Assembly (NCBI GenBank): GCA_943788175.1
Contig: CALSPG010000006.1
Span: 192,001 to 256,000, forward strand
DNA length: 64,000 bases
Source of the DNA: an uncultured bacterium
GTDB taxonomy: Bacteria > Fidelibacterota > Marinisomatia > Marinisomatales > UBA1611
Reading direction: 5' to 3'
Shown: piece after piece, positions 1 through 9,320 of the stretch
How positions within the stretch are numbered: the first letter of the stretch is position 1
Layout: each line of letters begins with the position of its first letter
Translations under genes and position numbers: made by a program
The notes under the pieces: generated by a model
Database searches by the model: none
What the model saw: the letters and a program-made list of their open reading frames with translations, nothing else
Told to the model about the DNA's origin: nothing

Positions 1-480
1 AGGTTTCCAATTTGCCTTTTTTAATTTACTAGAAAGCCCCTCGAATTCTCCTTCTCTTATTATTGCAAGATTTTCACGATCTGGTTTTTGAGCAGATTTT
101 TCATATAGATAAACTGGAATATTTAGATCTTGCCCGACTCTTTTTGCTAATTGATGAGAATATTTAATGCATTCTTCAATAGTGACGTCTTGGATGGGAA
201 TAATAGGGCATACATCAGTAGCACCTAATCGAGGGTGGGTTCCTTTGTGAATTGTCATATCAATTAGCTCAGAAGCTCTCTTTATTCCTAAAAATGCAGC
301 TTCTAAGACATCAAAGGGCTCACCAACAAATGTAACGACTGTTCGATTTGTATCTTTTCCTGAGTCCACATCCAAAACGGTAACACCCTCAATAAGTTTA
401 ATAGCATCGACAATACTATTAATTTTATTGCTGTCTATTCCTTCACTAAAATTAGGAACACATTCTATAAGTTTTTTCAA
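1..480 (-). CDS. ftcD: Glutamate formiminotransferase, 5' part (runs off the window; not in ORF track)
   Basis: Hand translation from TTG at 480 gives MKKLIECVPNFSEG..., later RTVVTFVG and HKGTHPRLGATDVCPIIP, the FtcD N-terminal motifs; purine-rich AAGGATAAGG immediately upstream. Confidence 0.92.
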   Translation of the reverse strand, partial: MKKLIECVPNFSEGIDSNKINSIVDAIKLIEGVTVLDVDSGKDTNRTVVTFVGEPFDVLEAAFLGIKRASELIDMTIHKGTHPRLGATDVCPIIPIQDVTIEECIKYSHQLAKRVGQDLNIPVYLYEKSAQKPDRENLAIIREGEFEGLSSKLKKANWKP

Positions 481-485
481 CAACC

Positions 486-605
486 TTATCCTTTTAACAC
501 CATAATTTTTAGATAAAACATCATATATAATACACCTACAAGCAATAAAATTAACCGCATGAGTGATTTTTTACCACTTTTGCTTTTATGATAAATACGT
601 CTCAA
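486..605 (-). CDS. Candidate small single-pass membrane protein (39 aa from TTG at 605, or 24 aa from ATG at 560)
   Basis: LRRIYHKSKSGKKSLMRLILLLVGVLYMMFYLKIMVLKG*: basic N-region followed by a hydrophobic helix; fills the gap and stops 5 nt before ftcD. Confidence 0.4.
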   Translation of the reverse strand: MRRIYHKSKSGKKSLMRLILLLVGVLYMMFYLKIMVLKG

Positions 606-628
606 AAAATCAAATACTTAATTAGAGT

Positions 629-1258
629 TTAAAAAAATATATATAGAAATAAATTAAATATGGGATTTATTATAAAAGAGAATAAATGAATACCAGTTGC
701 CATACTAAAGATTACAATAAAAAATAATATTTTTGGACCATACATTTCCATTTTGTAGACCATCTCAATTCCAAATTTTCTCTCAATAAATGGCGAAAGA
801 ATTTGAGAACCATCTAGAGGCGAGACTGGTAAAAGATTAAAAATAGCTAAGGTTATATTAATCTGCATAAAAATCACAATGAATGATTTAATAGAACCTG
901 TTAATAAGTTATTTCCAAATAAAAAGCGTAAGCATAGCGCCGCTATTACTGCTAAAAATAAATTTGAAATTGGTCCGGCAGCAGCTATTTTCATCATATC
1001 TTCTTTAGGATTTTTTAAAAACCTAACATCAACGGGTACAGGTTTCGCCCAACCAAAACCCATTAATAATAATGCGATTGAGCCTACAGGATCTAGGTGA
1101 GCCATCGGATTCAATGTTAGTCTACCTAATTTTGCAGCTGTATTATCCCCTAGCCTAAATGCCATCCAAGCATGCGCAAATTCATGGAAGGATAGAGAAA
1201 ATATTAAAGAAGGTATTAAAAGAACAATAACTTCAATATCCAGATTCCCAAAGATCAT
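629..1258 (-). CDS. Site-2 protease, M50 family membrane zinc metalloprotease
   Basis: HEFAH zinc motif, AAGPISN, FNLLPVSPLDG; several TM segments. Confidence 0.93.
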   Translation of the reverse strand: MIFGNLDIEVIVLLIPSLIFSLSFHEFAHAWMAFRLGDNTAAKLGRLTLNPMAHLDPVGSIALLLMGFGWAKPVPVDVRFLKNPKEDMMKIAAAGPISNLFLAVIAALCLRFLFGNNLLTGSIKSFIVIFMQINITLAIFNLLPVSPLDGSQILSPFIERKFGIEMVYKMEMYGPKILFFIVIFSMATGIHLFSFIINPIFNLFLYIFF

Positions 1259-2314
1259 TACGCATATTCCTTTTTATTTTTTTTTGAGCGAGGATGATAA
1301 TGATTGTATTCATTTCTTAATGTGGTTTTATCTAGATGGGTATATATTTGTGTTGTGGTTATATCAGCATGCCCTAACATATGCTGAACGAATCTTATAT
1401 CTGCGCCCCCCTCAATTAAATGAGTAGCAAAAGAATGTCTAAATGTATGAGGTGATATCTTCTTTATTAAATCAGATTGAATTGCCCACTTATTAACAAT
1501 TTTATTGACCATTGCTCTTGTTAAAGGTCTACCATTTCTACTAGTAAATAATTGTTCTGAACTATTATCATTTAAAAGCTGCTCTCTATAATGATTTTTA
1601 AATTCATACCATATATTTCTTGATTGTGCTCCAATAGGAACGACTCTCTCTTTTGAGCCTTTTCCTAAAATTTTAACTAGCCCTGGTCTTTTTTTTTAGT
1701 TCCGCATTGTACGCTAATTTAATAGAATGGTTTTCATCATAACTTTTTGCCAGCCCTGCTTCAATGACATTAGTTTTTCCATTTTTGTCATTATACTCTA
1801 TTTCATCCATATCGTCAATTGTCGGTTCTAAGAATGGTTGAATCACGCTCAGATCACATAACTCAGATACACGAAGACCGCAGGAATAAAGCATTTCAAT
1901 TATTGTATAGTCTCTAAAATTTAAAGGGTTATGTCTTGGAATAACATCCATGATAATTTTTATATCTTCAATGGTTAAAACAGATGGTAATTTTTTCTTT
2001 AGTTTTGGAGTATCGATTGACAAGGAAGGATTATCATTTAATATTTTTTCTTTCGATAGAAATTGATGGTAGGAACGAACAGAAGCCATCATCCTTGCAA
2101 TGCTGGCAGGAGCAAGAAAAACACTGCTCAAATTTTTAACATAATTTCTTATATGGTTTTGCTTAATTTTTTTTAAGGTATCTAAATTCTCAACATTATT
2201 CAAATAATTTAAGTACCGCAGAATATCAGCACTATAAGCTTCTATTGTTTTTTTTGAGCCATTTAATTCTACCCGAAGCATCGTTAAATAATCTTTCAGG
2301 TAGGATTGCTTCAA
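1258..2314 (-). CDS. xerD: XerD-type tyrosine recombinase, split by one extra base in an A9 run (1689-1697), with a ~46-aa insertion
   Basis: N-terminal core-binding domain and LYSCGLRVSEL; after removing one A the frame reads RPGLVKILGKGSKERVVPIG...SPHTFRHSFATHL...LGHADITTTQIYTH (~351 aa). Confidence 0.88.
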
Positions 2315-2889
2315 TTTTCTATAACTGAATTTTCAACTTGATCGCAAAGTATTTGGCCTATCATTATATGAGCCTCCTGAATTCTTTGAGTATCCTCAGA
2401 CGGTACTTTAATTGTTATGTCTGCGAGGCCATCGATTTTTCCACCAGACTTACCAGTAAGGACAATTGTTTTTAATTTTTTAAAATTTGCCTGTTTTATC
2501 GCGCTTATCACATTTTTTGAATTACCACTAGTAGATATGCCAATCAATACATCACCTTCATTTCCTAGACCCTGAATTTGTCTTGAAAATATCGATTCAA
2601 AATCTAAATCATTTGACCAAGCTGTAATAAAAGAAGAATCAGTTGTTAACGCAATCGAGGGTATTGGCATTCTGTCATGGTCAGACATTCCACCCATAAG
2701 CTCGGTTGCTAAATGTTGAGCATCAGCAGCACTACCACCATTGCCGCACCATAAAATTTTGCATGATGAATTTATTGATTCAATTAAAACTTCTGCTGCA
2801 TCTTCTATATAGTTTAAACCATTTTCAATAATCGCTTCTTTGGTTTTAATGCTTTCCAGGATTTGTTTTTTTATAGAGTTTTTGTTCAT
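2311..2889 (-). CDS. gmhA: Phosphoheptose isomerase (SIS domain)
   Basis: CGNGGSAADAQH, ISTSGNS, RIQEAH; likely start is ATG at 2889 (MNKNSIK). Confidence 0.92.
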   Translation of the reverse strand: MNKNSIKKQILESIKTKEAIIENGLNYIEDAAEVLIESINSSCKILWCGNGGSAADAQHLATELMGGMSDHDRMPIPSIALTTDSSFITAWSNDLDFESIFSRQIQGLGNEGDVLIGISTSGNSKNVISAIKQANFKKLKTIVLTGKSGGKIDGLADITIKVPSEDTQRIQEAHIMIGQILCDQVENSVIEN

Positions 2890-2926
2890 AATAATAACTG
2901 CTTTCTTAATTATTTTGCGATATTCA

Positions 2927-3661
2927 TTAATTGTGTATTGCAGATGCAAAATCATTCATTAATTCAATAGAATTTTCAATTGCAGACCCCACAACAATAA
3001 ATGAAGCACCAGATTGAGCAAGTTCATTAGCATCTTTTGGGGTCTTTATCCCTCCACCAACAATTAAATCTAACTGACTTTCTTTCGCAACGATTTCTAC
3101 TACCTCATTAGGTACTCTTTTTTTTGCTCCACTTCCGGCCTCTAAATATAAAAATTTCATTCCCAAAAATTGAGCTGCTAATACATGACTTATTATTAAA
3201 TCTATTCTGCTTGTAGGAAGGGGCTTTGTACCACTGATAAATTCAACTGTTGTTGAAGAGCCTCCATCGATAAGAATATAACCAGTTGAGATTGTTTCAA
3301 TTCCAAGATCTTTTACAATTGGAGCTGCTAGCACTTGTTCGCCTATGAGATAATGAGGATTCCGACCTGATATTAGCGACATAAAAAGCATTGCATCAAA
3401 ATGTCTATTAATTTGATTTATTCCACCAGGAAAAAGGACTAATGGAATATTAGATATCGATTTAATTCTTGCAATTCTTTCATGATATAAGCTATCCATC
3501 ATTAAACTTCCACCAATAAAAATAGCATCTACATCATTTAGATTCGCATGTTCAACAAGTTTTTCAATTTTATCATTATTTTTTTTATCGGGGTCAATAA
3601 GTAAAATGAAACTGGTTCCATTAACTTTAACAGAATTTTGAAGTCTAGATAAAACCTTCAT
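2927..3661 (-). CDS. Geranylgeranylglyceryl phosphate synthase family protein, group II type
   Basis: LIDPDK, FIGGS, LFPG, SLISGRNPHYLIG, LYLEAGSGA, VGGGI. Confidence 0.9.
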   Translation of the reverse strand: MKVLSRLQNSVKVNGTSFILLIDPDKKNNDKIEKLVEHANLNDVDAIFIGGSLMMDSLYHERIARIKSISNIPLVLFPGGINQINRHFDAMLFMSLISGRNPHYLIGEQVLAAPIVKDLGIETISTGYILIDGGSSTTVEFISGTKPLPTSRIDLIISHVLAAQFLGMKFLYLEAGSGAKKRVPNEVVEIVAKESQLDLIVGGGIKTPKDANELAQSGASFIVVGSAIENSIELMNDFASAIHN

Positions 3662-4042
3662 TTATACTATTATTAAGCCATAATCTTTATGGTTAAGTAG
3701 ATTATCACTATTTAGAGTTTCGCCATCAAATTCTACTTTTACAATCCACCCAGAACCATAACAGTCTTGATTAATATTATTAGGGTTATCTTCTAAGTCC
3801 TCATTAATTTCAATAACAGTTCCATTTATTGGAGCATATAATTCGGATACAGTTTTAACTGCTTCTATTTCACCAAATGGCTCACCAGAAACAATTTTTT
3901 GCCCCACCTCTGGTAATTCTAAAAATATAATATCACCCAATTGGCTTTGAGCAAAATCTGTAATACCTATAGTCACTTTCCCATCTTCTTTCTTCACCCA
4001 CTCATGTTCTTTTGTATATAGTAATTTTTCTGGTATATTCAA
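3662..4042 (-). CDS. gcvH: Glycine cleavage system H protein
   Basis: YTKEHEW, GITDFAQSQLGD, lipoyl-Lys in EAVKT. Confidence 0.95.
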   Translation of the reverse strand: MNIPEKLLYTKEHEWVKKEDGKVTIGITDFAQSQLGDIIFLELPEVGQKIVSGEPFGEIEAVKTVSELYAPINGTVIEINEDLEDNPNNINQDCYGSGWIVKVEFDGETLNSDNLLNHKDYGLIIV

Positions 4043-4046
4043 TTAA

Positions 4047-5408
4047 TTATCCTTTATTTTTCTTTGATTCAAAAGAGAAACTTTCTAGAAAACTTGTGTC
4101 AAATTTTCCAGAATTAAAATTTTTGTCTTCCATTATTTTTTGATGATATGGGATTGTAGTTTTTACACCTTCAATAATTGTTTCTTCAAGAGCTCTTTGC
4201 ATTCTATTTATAGCTCGTTTTCTATTTTTAGCATGAACTATTAATTTACCAATCATAGAATCATAATGAGTTGGGATTTCATATCCACTGTAAGCATGAG
4301 AATCTACTCTAACACCTTTTCCACCAGGCATGTGAAAATTATTAATTTTACCAGGAGATGGCCTGAAGTTTTTTTCAGGATCTTCTGCATTTATTCTACA
4401 TTCAATAGAATGACCACGAAGCTTATAATCTGGATTATAAGCGGGGCAATCTTTACCACTATGAACGCGAATTTGTTGTTTAATAAGATCCACACCGGTT
4501 ACCATCTCAGTTACTGGGTGCTCAACCTGTATTCGAGTATTCATTTCCATAAAATAAAAATTCTGATTCTTATCTAACAAAAATTCAATAGTGCCAACAC
4601 CCACATAATTAATGGCTTTGGCTCCAGCAATTGCAGCTTTACCCATTTCAAGTCTTAATTTATCATCCACAGCTGGAGAGGGTGACTCTTCAATTAGTTT
4701 TTGATGTCTTCTTTGAATTGAGCAATCTCTCTCTCCAAATTGAATTACATGCCCTGCTTCATCTGCTAATATTTGAATTTCAATGTGTCTTGGTTCTTCA
4801 ATAAACTTTTCAATATATAAGTTACCATTCCCGAAACCATTTAAAGCTTCTTGGTAAGCGACTTCATAAAGATCGCTTAGCTCTTCTTTTTTTGTTACAA
4901 AACGCATCCCGCGGCCGCCACCGCCTGCTGTCGCTTTCAGCATAATAGGATACCCCATTCTTTCAGCTATTTTTTTTGCTTCTTCAGGCCCAGACAAAAT
5001 ACCCTCACCTCCCGGAATGACTGGAACACCAGCTGACTTCATTGTCTTTTTTGCAGTCGCTTTGTCTCCCATTGATTTTATCATCTCTGGCCCTGGTCCA
5101 ATAAAGCTAAAGCCATTTTCTGAACAAATCTGTGAAAATTCTGCTGATTCTGATAGGAAACCATATCCAGGATGAATAGCATCAGAATTTGTAATTTCCC
5201 CAGCCGCTATTATTCTTGGTATATTTAAATAGCTTTCAGAACTGGCAGGTGGGCCAATGCAAACAGCCTCATCTGCAAATTTAACGTGCAATGAAAACTC
5301 ATCAGCAGTGGAATAAATTGCAACAGTTTTAATACCCAGCTCGTGACATGCCCTCATAATTCGCAGAGCGATCTCACCACGATTAGCAATAAGAATTTTT
5401 TTAAACAT
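4047..5408 (-). CDS. accC: Biotin carboxylase
   Basis: [47 protein letters not shown]. Confidence 0.97.
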   Translation of the reverse strand: MFKKILIANRGEIALRIMRACHELGIKTVAIYSTADEFSLHVKFADEAVCIGPPASSESYLNIPRIIAAGEITNSDAIHPGYGFLSESAEFSQICSENGFSFIGPGPEMIKSMGDKATAKKTMKSAGVPVIPGGEGILSGPEEAKKIAERMGYPIMLKATAGGGGRGMRFVTKKEELSDLYEVAYQEALNGFGNGNLYIEKFIEEPRHIEIQILADEAGHVIQFGERDCSIQRRHQKLIEESPSPAVDDKLRLEMGKAAIAGAKAINYVGVGTIEFLLDKNQNFYFMEMNTRIQVEHPVTEMVTGVDLIKQQIRVHSGKDCPAYNPDYKLRGHSIECRINAEDPEKNFRPSPGKINNFHMPGGKGVRVDSHAYSGYEIPTHYDSMIGKLIVHAKNRKRAINRMQRALEETIIEGVKTTIPYHQKIMEDKNFNSGKFDTSFLESFSFESKKNKG

Positions 5409-5420
5409 GCTAAATTGAAT

Positions 5421-5870
5421 TTACTCTACAATGAATAATGGCTGATTAAACTCGACAGGATCAGAATTACTAACGAGAACTTTTTTAACTGTACCCTCTA
5501 ATTCTGATTCAATCTCATTCATAATTTTCATTGATTCAATAATACATAGCACTTGACCTACTTTAATCTTATCTCCTTCAGATACGAAAGGTGGCTTTTC
5601 AGGTGTTTGAGAACTGTAAAAAACACCTGGCATTGGAGAAAGTATTTTTTCGCCAGAATCAATTTTTTCAGGATTGCTTTCGAGGCCTCTATCATTTGAA
5701 GTTTTATCATTTTGAATTATAGTTTCTGCCGCTGCTGCAGCAGAATTTGACAATATGCTAGAAGCATTTTTTACGACGCGAATTTTTCTCCCCCAAAATG
5801 TAATCTCAATTTCATTCACATTTGAATTTTCTAATATATTTATTACCTCTTTAACTTTATCTTGCCACAT
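5421..5870 (-). CDS. accB: Biotin carboxyl carrier protein
   Basis: SPMPGVFY and biotinyl motif IESMKIMNEI; adjacent to accC. Confidence 0.93.
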   Translation of the reverse strand: MWQDKVKEVINILENSNVNEIEITFWGRKIRVVKNASSILSNSAAAAAETIIQNDKTSNDRGLESNPEKIDSGEKILSPMPGVFYSSQTPEKPPFVSEGDKIKVGQVLCIIESMKIMNEIESELEGTVKKVLVSNSDPVEFNQPLFIVE

Positions 5871-5885
5871 TTTTTTTCCTAACCT

Positions 5886-6452
5886 TTAATTATCTTTTGC
5901 TCTTTCAACATAATCACCACTCCTGGTATCAATTTTTATTCGGTCATCTTCATTAATAAATAATGGAACTTTAAGTTCATAACCAGTTTCAACTGTAGCT
6001 GGCTTATTAGCCCCGGTAGCAGTGTTCCCTTTAAACCCAGGTTCAGTTTTTATTACAGCTAGAATCACATGCGCTGGAATTCTAACATCAAGAATTTCAT
6101 CGTCGTCAAAAAGAATATCTACGTTCATGCCTGCAATTAAGTAGTTTTTATTATCTGATATTATATCGGTATTTACCATCAGTTGCTCATAGGATTCATT
6201 ATCCATAAAAACAAAATTTTCTCCATCAAGATAAAGAAATTGCATTTCTTTTGCTTCTACTCTAATAAACTCAATTTTCGACCCTGAATTAAATGTGTGA
6301 TCAATAATTTTCCCACTTTGAATGTCTTTTAACTTTGTTCTTACAAATGCGCCACCTTTTCCAGGTTTAACATGCTGAAACTCAATTACCTTCATTCTTT
6401 TAGATTTAAAAATAATTACTGCATTATTGCGAATATCTGCTGTTGTTGCCAC
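5886..6452 (-). CDS. efp: Elongation factor P
   Basis: HVKPGKGGAFVRTKL, KPATVETG, IDTRSGDYVER; GTG start with GAGG SD. Confidence 0.97.
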   Translation of the reverse strand: MATTADIRNNAVIIFKSKRMKVIEFQHVKPGKGGAFVRTKLKDIQSGKIIDHTFNSGSKIEFIRVEAKEMQFLYLDGENFVFMDNESYEQLMVNTDIISDNKNYLIAGMNVDILFDDDEILDVRIPAHVILAVIKTEPGFKGNTATGANKPATVETGYELKVPLFINEDDRIKIDTRSGDYVERAKDN

Positions 6453-6543
6453 AAAAACCTCTTAAATGTTTAATGATATTACTGTTAAATATAAGTTTTC
6501 TTAACTACTCTTCAAATGCAGGCTTAATAATAATGTATATGAT

Positions 6544-7434
6544 CTATTTATTAAGAAAAAACTTTTCAATCATATCCATTGCTTTGCTTTTGTCACTTTC
6601 AATGTCAATATGAGACACCTCAAATTTTGCATATTTTATTAAATCAGCTTTTTCTAAAAATTGAACCAACTCATTAAAGTTATCTTCACTGAAAGAAAAA
6701 ATATTTTTATTTTGTTTGATTTCTTCTGTCGTCATTTCAAGAGCATTTATGTACTGCACCTTTTCAACGAACTCACGAATAATATGGGATAACTCAACGT
6801 ATATCTCTTTTGTAAATCCAGTTGTTTTTATAGAAAAAATTCTGTCTTTGGCAATTTCAAAAGGATTTCTTTGAATACTACTTGAATTTTTACGATGTTT
6901 TTTGACTAGTCTCCTGCGCCAAACAATAAAGGCCATATATACTAAAATTAGTATAATTATAACTTTGACAATTATCGCATAGGGAATAACTCTAGAAACT
7001 TTAATTGGCGATTTTATTGGCCTGACTTTCACAGAATCGTTCGATGCTATTAAAGATTTAATATGAATTAATAATTTTTCCGCTTCAATTTGATAACCTT
7101 TATTATTATGTTTTTTTAAAACTTTTACATAATAAGAAGGGGTATAAAACTTTCCAGTTTCCCAAAACGCGATTCTAAAACTTCTCCCGATGATAATATT
7201 GTCTTCTATAATACTTCGTTGCGAGATAATAGAAAGAGTATCATTTTCAACTATTAATTCAGGGAATTCTAATTGAGTATCTTTATTTAAGTCGTGTATT
7301 TTGATATCCCACTGAATTTGATCTCCAATACTAGCAATAGTGGTATCAATTTTTGAGACTACTTTTAGTGACTGCGCACTTGAGAACGAAAGAGTGAGAA
7401 GGAGAGGAAAGATTAATTTAAATTTCTGTTTTAT
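6544..7434 (-). CDS. Exported, membrane-anchored protein of the MoxR/DUF58 (Bat-like) cluster, ~296 aa, probable AUA start
   Basis: Frame is open well upstream of the tracked GTG (7032) to ATA at 7434: signal-like KQKFKLIFPLLLTLSFSSAQS, DTTIASIGDQI, a TM helix, then ALEMTTEE...ADLIKYAK. Confidence 0.75.
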   Translation of the reverse strand: MKQKFKLIFPLLLTLSFSSAQSLKVVSKIDTTIASIGDQIQWDIKIHDLNKDTQLEFPELIVENDTLSIISQRSIIEDNIIIGRSFRIAFWETGKFYTPSYYVKVLKKHNNKGYQIEAEKLLIHIKSLIASNDSVKVRPIKSPIKVSRVIPYAIIVKVIIILILVYMAFIVWRRRLVKKHRKNSSSIQRNPFEIAKDRIFSIKTTGFTKEIYVELSHIIREFVEKVQYINALEMTTEEIKQNKNIFSFSEDNFNELVQFLEKADLIKYAKFEVSHIDIESDKSKAMDMIEKFFLNK

Positions 7435-8303
7435 TTTTTACCTCTTTTTTTAAAAAATCTCATTAGCGGTTCAACATAATCTTCAGATGTAGAAATAGGA
7501 ATAATGTCTAGTCCCATCTTTTGCGTGGATTTATAAAACTTATTAGTTTTTTTAGTGTTTAAATCATTCATTTGTTTTAAATAATGATCATTAGATGTAT
7601 CAATCCAAAATTTTACACCAGTCTCAGCATCTTCAGCTTTAAGCATACCAATGTTAGGAAAATTTTGTTCATAAGGATCAAAAATATTTATGCCAACTAA
7701 ATCATGTTTACGAGCTGTTATTTTTAAAGAATCTAAAAATCCTTCATCTAGAAAATCAGATAATAAGAATACCACAGCCTTTCTTTTTATGACTTTCATT
7801 AAAAATTCAAGAGCATTTTTAATCGAAGTTCCTTTAAAGTCTGGCTTCGTGTATAAAAGTTCTCTTACTACTCTCAAGACGTGTGATTTACCTTTTTTTG
7901 GAGGGATATATTTGACTATATCATTTGAAAATAATATTAGACCGACCTTGTCATTGTTTTTAATAGCAGAAAACCCCAGAACACTAGCAATTTCAGCACT
8001 AACACCTATTTTCTGATAATTCTTTGACCCGAAAGAACCAGAAGAAGATATATCGACTAACAAAATAACCGTTAACTCCCTCTCTTCTTCAAAAACTTTG
8101 ATAAATGGACTACCAGACCTAGCAGTAACATTCCAATCTATAAGTCTTACATCGTCACCAGGCTGGTATTCCCTTACTTCAGAAAATGTCATGCCTCGGC
8201 CTTTAAAAGAAGAGTGATATTCTCCGCCAAAAAAGCTATCTACTAAACCACGCGTTCGAATCTCAATCCGTTTTACTTTTCTAAGTATTTCACGCGGCAA
8301 CAT
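7431..8303 (-). CDS. DUF58 protein (vWA-like MoxR partner)
   Basis: GEYHSSFKGRGMTFSEVREYQPGDDVRLIDWNVTAR; MIDAS-like DISSS. Confidence 0.92.
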   Translation of the reverse strand: MLPREILRKVKRIEIRTRGLVDSFFGGEYHSSFKGRGMTFSEVREYQPGDDVRLIDWNVTARSGSPFIKVFEEERELTVILLVDISSSGSFGSKNYQKIGVSAEIASVLGFSAIKNNDKVGLILFSNDIVKYIPPKKGKSHVLRVVRELLYTKPDFKGTSIKNALEFLMKVIKRKAVVFLLSDFLDEGFLDSLKITARKHDLVGINIFDPYEQNFPNIGMLKAEDAETGVKFWIDTSNDHYLKQMNDLNTKKTNKFYKSTQKMGLDIIPISTSEDYVEPLMRFFKKRGKK

Positions 8304-8308
8304 AGGTA

Positions 8309-9304
8309 TTAAGGCACTTCAATTTTTTCAAAGAGCCTTGATATAACTTGGTCAGTAGATAATTCTTCAGCCTCAGCTTCATAAGTTAATATTACCCTAT
8401 GCCTCAATATATCGGCACCTATGTATCTAATGTCCTCAGGCGTCACATATCCCCTGCCATCGGTAAATGCTCTAGCCTTTGCAGCTCTAACGATATTAAT
8501 GGTTGCCCTAGGCGATGCACCTACATCAATTATCCCATCAAGATCTTTAAGATTATATTTTAGCGGGTCTCTGGTTGCAAAGATTAAATTTAATATATAA
8601 TCTTCTACTTTCTCATCAACATAAATATCTTTTATTATATTTTGTGCTTCAATTATTTTTTCAGGCTTAACAATTGGATTTTCTTCTGCGTTCTTCGAGG
8701 ATTGAGTATTTAACCTCATTAGTTTTTTTTCAGAATCAATATCTGGATAACTAACAATTAGCTTAAACATAAAACGATCTACCTGAGCCTCTGGTAATGG
8801 ATAAGTACCTTCTTGCTCAAGAGGGTTTTGAGTTGCTAAGACTAAAAAAGGAAGATTCATTTTAAAAGTATTTTCGCCAATGGTCACTTGTTTTTCTTGC
8901 ATTGCTTCTAGAAGAGCACTTTGAACTTTTGCAGGAGACCTATTTATTTCATCAGCAAGGATAATATTTGAAAATATCGGACCTTTTCTTGTATCGAACT
9001 CTCCAGATTTTTGATTGTAAATTAATGTACCTATCAAATCAGCAGGAAGCATGTCTGGTGTAAATTGAATTCTTTGGAAACCTGTGCTAATCGACGAAGC
9101 CAACGTTTTTACAGTTAGTGTTTTAGCAAGTCCGGGTACACCTTCTAAAAGCATATGGCCATCTGCAAGCATACAAATAATAATTTTATCTAGAAGGGTT
9201 TTTTGGCCAACTACTTTTTTTTGGAGACCATCTTTTAATGGTTGTACAAAATCAGAGGCCTCTGATATACGATCATTAATAGCTGATAAACTAAACTCAT
9301 TCAT
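8309..9304 (-). CDS. moxR: MoxR family AAA+ ATPase
   Basis: LEGVPGLAKT, RIQFTPD, ADEINR, ATQNP, YPLPEAQVDRF. Confidence 0.95.
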   Translation of the reverse strand: MNEFSLSAINDRISEASDFVQPLKDGLQKKVVGQKTLLDKIIICMLADGHMLLEGVPGLAKTLTVKTLASSISTGFQRIQFTPDMLPADLIGTLIYNQKSGEFDTRKGPIFSNIILADEINRSPAKVQSALLEAMQEKQVTIGENTFKMNLPFLVLATQNPLEQEGTYPLPEAQVDRFMFKLIVSYPDIDSEKKLMRLNTQSSKNAEENPIVKPEKIIEAQNIIKDIYVDEKVEDYILNLIFATRDPLKYNLKDLDGIIDVGASPRATINIVRAAKARAFTDGRGYVTPEDIRYIGADILRHRVILTYEAEAEELSTDQVISRLFEKIEVP

Positions 9305-9320
9305 TTTATAAATTTGATAT

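Noticed and set aside
1686-1700. A-AAA-AAG slippery heptamer in xerD as a programmed -1 frameshift
   Set aside because: The -1 frame hits TAG within a few codons; restoring XerD needs +1, so a homopolymer error is more plausible.
1258-2314. Tyrosine recombinase as a prophage or island integrase
   Set aside because: XerD-like motifs, overlaps housekeeping genes on both sides, no att repeats, tRNA or cargo.
5515-5545. AccB ESMK instead of EAMK
   Set aside because: Biotinylated MK is retained; minor variant.
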